Below the pieces are notes generated by a model. It searched no databases. It saw only the letters and a list, made by a program, of their open reading frames with translations, and was not told the origin of the DNA. From positions 1,056,001 to 1,120,000 of the forward strand of contig OZ244650.1 in the NCBI GenBank assembly GCA_965218785.1: a DNA stretch of 64,000 nucleotides. Direction: 5' to 3'. This DNA comes from Nitrosopumilus sp. (GTDB lineage: Archaea; Thermoproteota; Nitrososphaeria; Nitrososphaerales; Nitrosopumilaceae). Numbering within the stretch: position 1 is the stretch's first letter; every line of letters begins with the position of its first letter. Below, one piece after another: positions 62,011-64,000 of the stretch. The translations under genes and the position numbers were made by a program.

Positions 62011-62024
62011 GTTGTTATTTGTAA

Positions 62025-63317
62025 TTATCCAAGAGGTCTGGTAATTCTTTTTCTAGGGGCAGATGCTCTCCCAGCTGTCGGTCCGGCAACAGGTCTGGTA
62101 ATTCTTTTTCTAGGGGCAGATGCTCTCCCAGCTGTCGGTCCGGCAACAGGTCTGGTAATTCTTTTTCTAGGGGCAGATGCTCTCCCAGCTGTCGGTCCGG
62201 CAACAGGTCTGGTAATTCTTCTATAGACAGATGCTCTCCCAGCTGTCGGTCCGGCAACAGGTCTGGTAATTCTTCTATAGACAGATGATCTCCCAGCTGT
62301 CGGTCCGGCAACAGGTCTGGTAATTCTTCTATAGGCAGGTGTTCTCCCAGCTGTCGGTCCAGTCAAGTGTCTTGACAGTTTCTTTGCCACGACCTTTACC
62401 AGCGGCACGACCACGGAGTTTCCAAACTGCCTGTATGCCTGGTTGTCAGATACAGGAATCTTAAAGCCTTCCGGGAACCCCATGAGTCGGGCACATTCCC
62501 TCGGGGTAAGTTTTCTGGGATTTTTGTTCTTCTGTCCTATGAGTATCTCCCCGCCGTCCTTGTAGTATCTGGCAGTCATGGTCTTGGCAGGCTCGTTGAG
62601 GTCGGCGATGTTGTATCCGAATCCGTTGCCTGCCTTCCTGTGATGCTCTGCATGGCGCCTCATTGCACGCCACGTACCGTCCGGAAGGGTGTATTTTTTA
62701 TCAACCCTCTTCTCCAGTATGCTTTTCAGTGCGATACCATTTTCAGAAATGCTGGGAAATTCAAAGTATTCCTCCTCCTGCACAGTGTCAGATCTCATGC
62801 CCACCAGAAACACCCTTTCCCTTGCCTGTGGAACCAGACCCTTTGCATTCATTACCCTGTAGTTTACCACATATCCAAGGTTTGAAAGACTGTCCGTGAT
62901 TATTCTAAACGTGTTGCCGCCATCGTGGCTCTTCAGGTTCTTTACATTCTCAAGCAGAAACGCGGATGGTTGTTTGACCTTTAAAATTCGGCAGATATCA
63001 AAAAACAGCGTGCCCTGTGTCTTGTCCTCGAATCCGTGCGGCCTGCCAAGAAACTTCTTGCAGCTGACGCCGGCTATGGAGAACGGCTGGCACGGAAAAC
63101 CCGCAACCAGTATGTCATGATCCGGAATACCTGCAGCATCCACCTTGGTAATGTCCCCGTCCGGCACATCCCCGAAATTCGCCTCGTATGTCTGCTGGGA
63201 GAACTTGTTCCATTCGGAGGAATACACGCATCTTCCGCCGGCGGATTCAAATCCAATCCTCATTCCGCCGATTCCCGCAAATAGATCTATGAATCTGAAC
63301 TTCTCAATACCCCCCAA
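62025..63317 (-). CDS. dcm: DNA (cytosine-5) methyltransferase, Dcm/EcoRII-like, with a repetitive basic C-terminal tail
   Basis: FIDLFAGIGG, GFPCQPFS, QGTLFF, ENV, QARER, TARYYKDG, YRQFGNSV. Confidence 0.93.
   Translation of the reverse strand: MGGIEKFRFIDLFAGIGGMRIGFESAGGRCVYSSEWNKFSQQTYEANFGDVPDGDITKVDAAGIPDHDILVAGFPCQPFSIAGVSCKKFLGRPHGFEDKTQGTLFFDICRILKVKQPSAFLLENVKNLKSHDGGNTFRIITDSLSNLGYVVNYRVMNAKGLVPQARERVFLVGMRSDTVQEEEYFEFPSISENGIALKSILEKRVDKKYTLPDGTWRAMRRHAEHHRKAGNGFGYNIADLNEPAKTMTARYYKDGGEILIGQKNKNPRKLTPRECARLMGFPEGFKIPVSDNQAYRQFGNSVVVPLVKVVAKKLSRHLTGPTAGRTPAYRRITRPVAGPTAGRSSVYRRITRPVAGPTAGRASVYRRITRPVAGPTAGRASAPRKRITRPVAGPTAGRASAPRKRITRPVAGPTAGRASAPRKRITRPLG
62034..62360 (-). repeat. 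Coding tandem repeat, 3 x 57 bp + 2 x 54 bp + a partial unit (RITRPVAGPTAGRASAPRK / ...RASVYR)
   Basis: Units start at 62034, 62091, 62148, 62205, 62259 and 62313; unit lengths are multiples of 3. Confidence 0.95.
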
Positions 63318-63338
63318 TATGGTACTTTTGTATAATGA

Positions 63339-64000
63339 TCATTTAAAAATTGTTCCCAGATCGCCGAATGCCTCGTATGGCGCGGATATGGTTCCACCAC
63401 CGCCTCCTCCCTGCCGCTCTGCAAGCCAGGATGCGTGACTGCAAAAGTCATCCAGACTGATCGCCTTCCATCCTACAAAATCCCTGTCTGTAATGTCGGC
63501 AACCTCGCGAATCACGTATGCACAGTCCAGACCCGTGGCGTGTCTTAGATACATGTACCAGCTGAATCTTCTGGAATCCCACCCAAACGACATTGGATCC
63601 GTCATGGGTGTCTTTTCCTTCGTCTCTACGACCGCGTAGGAGCCGTCGATCTTCAATATATGATCAAAGTCGATCATCCCCTTTTTACGCCCTATCAGCG
63701 TCACGTCCAGAAAGAACCGGTTGCAGTAAATCTTGGCAATCTCCCCCATTTCATACTCATTAAGATATCTGAAAAACTCCGAGTCCTTTCTCTGGCATGC
63801 CCGTATCTTGCTAAAGTCAAACAGATCCTTTATCAGATCCAGACTGATCCCCCTCCATGCCCCTCCGTCATATTCAAACGGCAGAAAGGACGGCTTTGAG
63901 ACGGTCGTCATGACCCTTTTGATCCCGTCTTTTATTGGAATCTGCGTCTCAGTCCACCGGTCCATGTCCTCGGTCTGGATGAAGAACATTCTTTCAACTT
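63339..64000 (-). CDS. Putative PD-(D/E)XK restriction endonuclease, 5'-truncated by window edge
   Basis: IDFDHIL...VVETKEK catalytic-like motif; 21 bp upstream of dcm on the same strand; frame open to the window end. Confidence 0.65.
   Translation of the reverse strand, partial: VERMFFIQTEDMDRWTETQIPIKDGIKRVMTTVSKPSFLPFEYDGGAWRGISLDLIKDLFDFSKIRACQRKDSEFFRYLNEYEMGEIAKIYCNRFFLDVTLIGRKKGMIDFDHILKIDGSYAVVETKEKTPMTDPMSFGWDSRRFSWYMYLRHATGLDCAYVIREVADITDRDFVGWKAISLDDFCSHASWLAERQGGGGGGTISAPYEAFGDLGTIFK

Noticed and set aside
62034-62360. CRISPR-like array (constant ~40 bp plus a variable segment)
   Set aside because: Variable parts are only about 14-17 bp and are identical or related; unit lengths are multiples of 3 within the dcm frame; no cas genes in the window.

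Overview
Chromosomal segment of an ammonia-oxidising archaeon (Nitrosopumilaceae-like), judged from gene content and the L3-L6 ribosomal operon lacking L2. Positions 1-35.9 kb are mostly core genes: thiolase/DUF35, thrC, a CNNM transporter, gap, DsbA, HMG-CoA synthase, bioD/A/B/F, CcdA/redoxin, ESCRT-III, proteasome alpha, the ribosomal operon and tRNA-Asn. Several of these are split by single-base indels that look like long-read assembly errors. An AT-rich insert at about 11.7-15.3 kb carries an AbrB-like gene, a SAMHD1-like HD dNTPase, a 293-bp tandem duplication encoding two diverged acidic 36-aa peptides, and an IS3-family remnant. From tRNA-Asn to the window end lies a mosaic accessory/defence region. 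It holds a Met-repeat solute-binding protein, a MORC-type GHKL ATPase fused to an AbiEi-like domain and coupled to an AbiEii nucleotidyltransferase, EgtD-like, ADP-ribosylglycohydrolase and PIN genes, and an HNH plus GIY-YIG/PIN-like operon. It also holds two convergent GHKL-histidine kinase/receiver pairs around a stand-alone SRA-like gene, a decayed vsr, a Dcm-type methylase with a basic repeat tail, and a putative restriction endonuclease. The best candidates for undescribed systems are the MORC-AbiE module and the twin-kinase/SRA/Dcm locus. All calls come from motifs read by eye; no searches were run.
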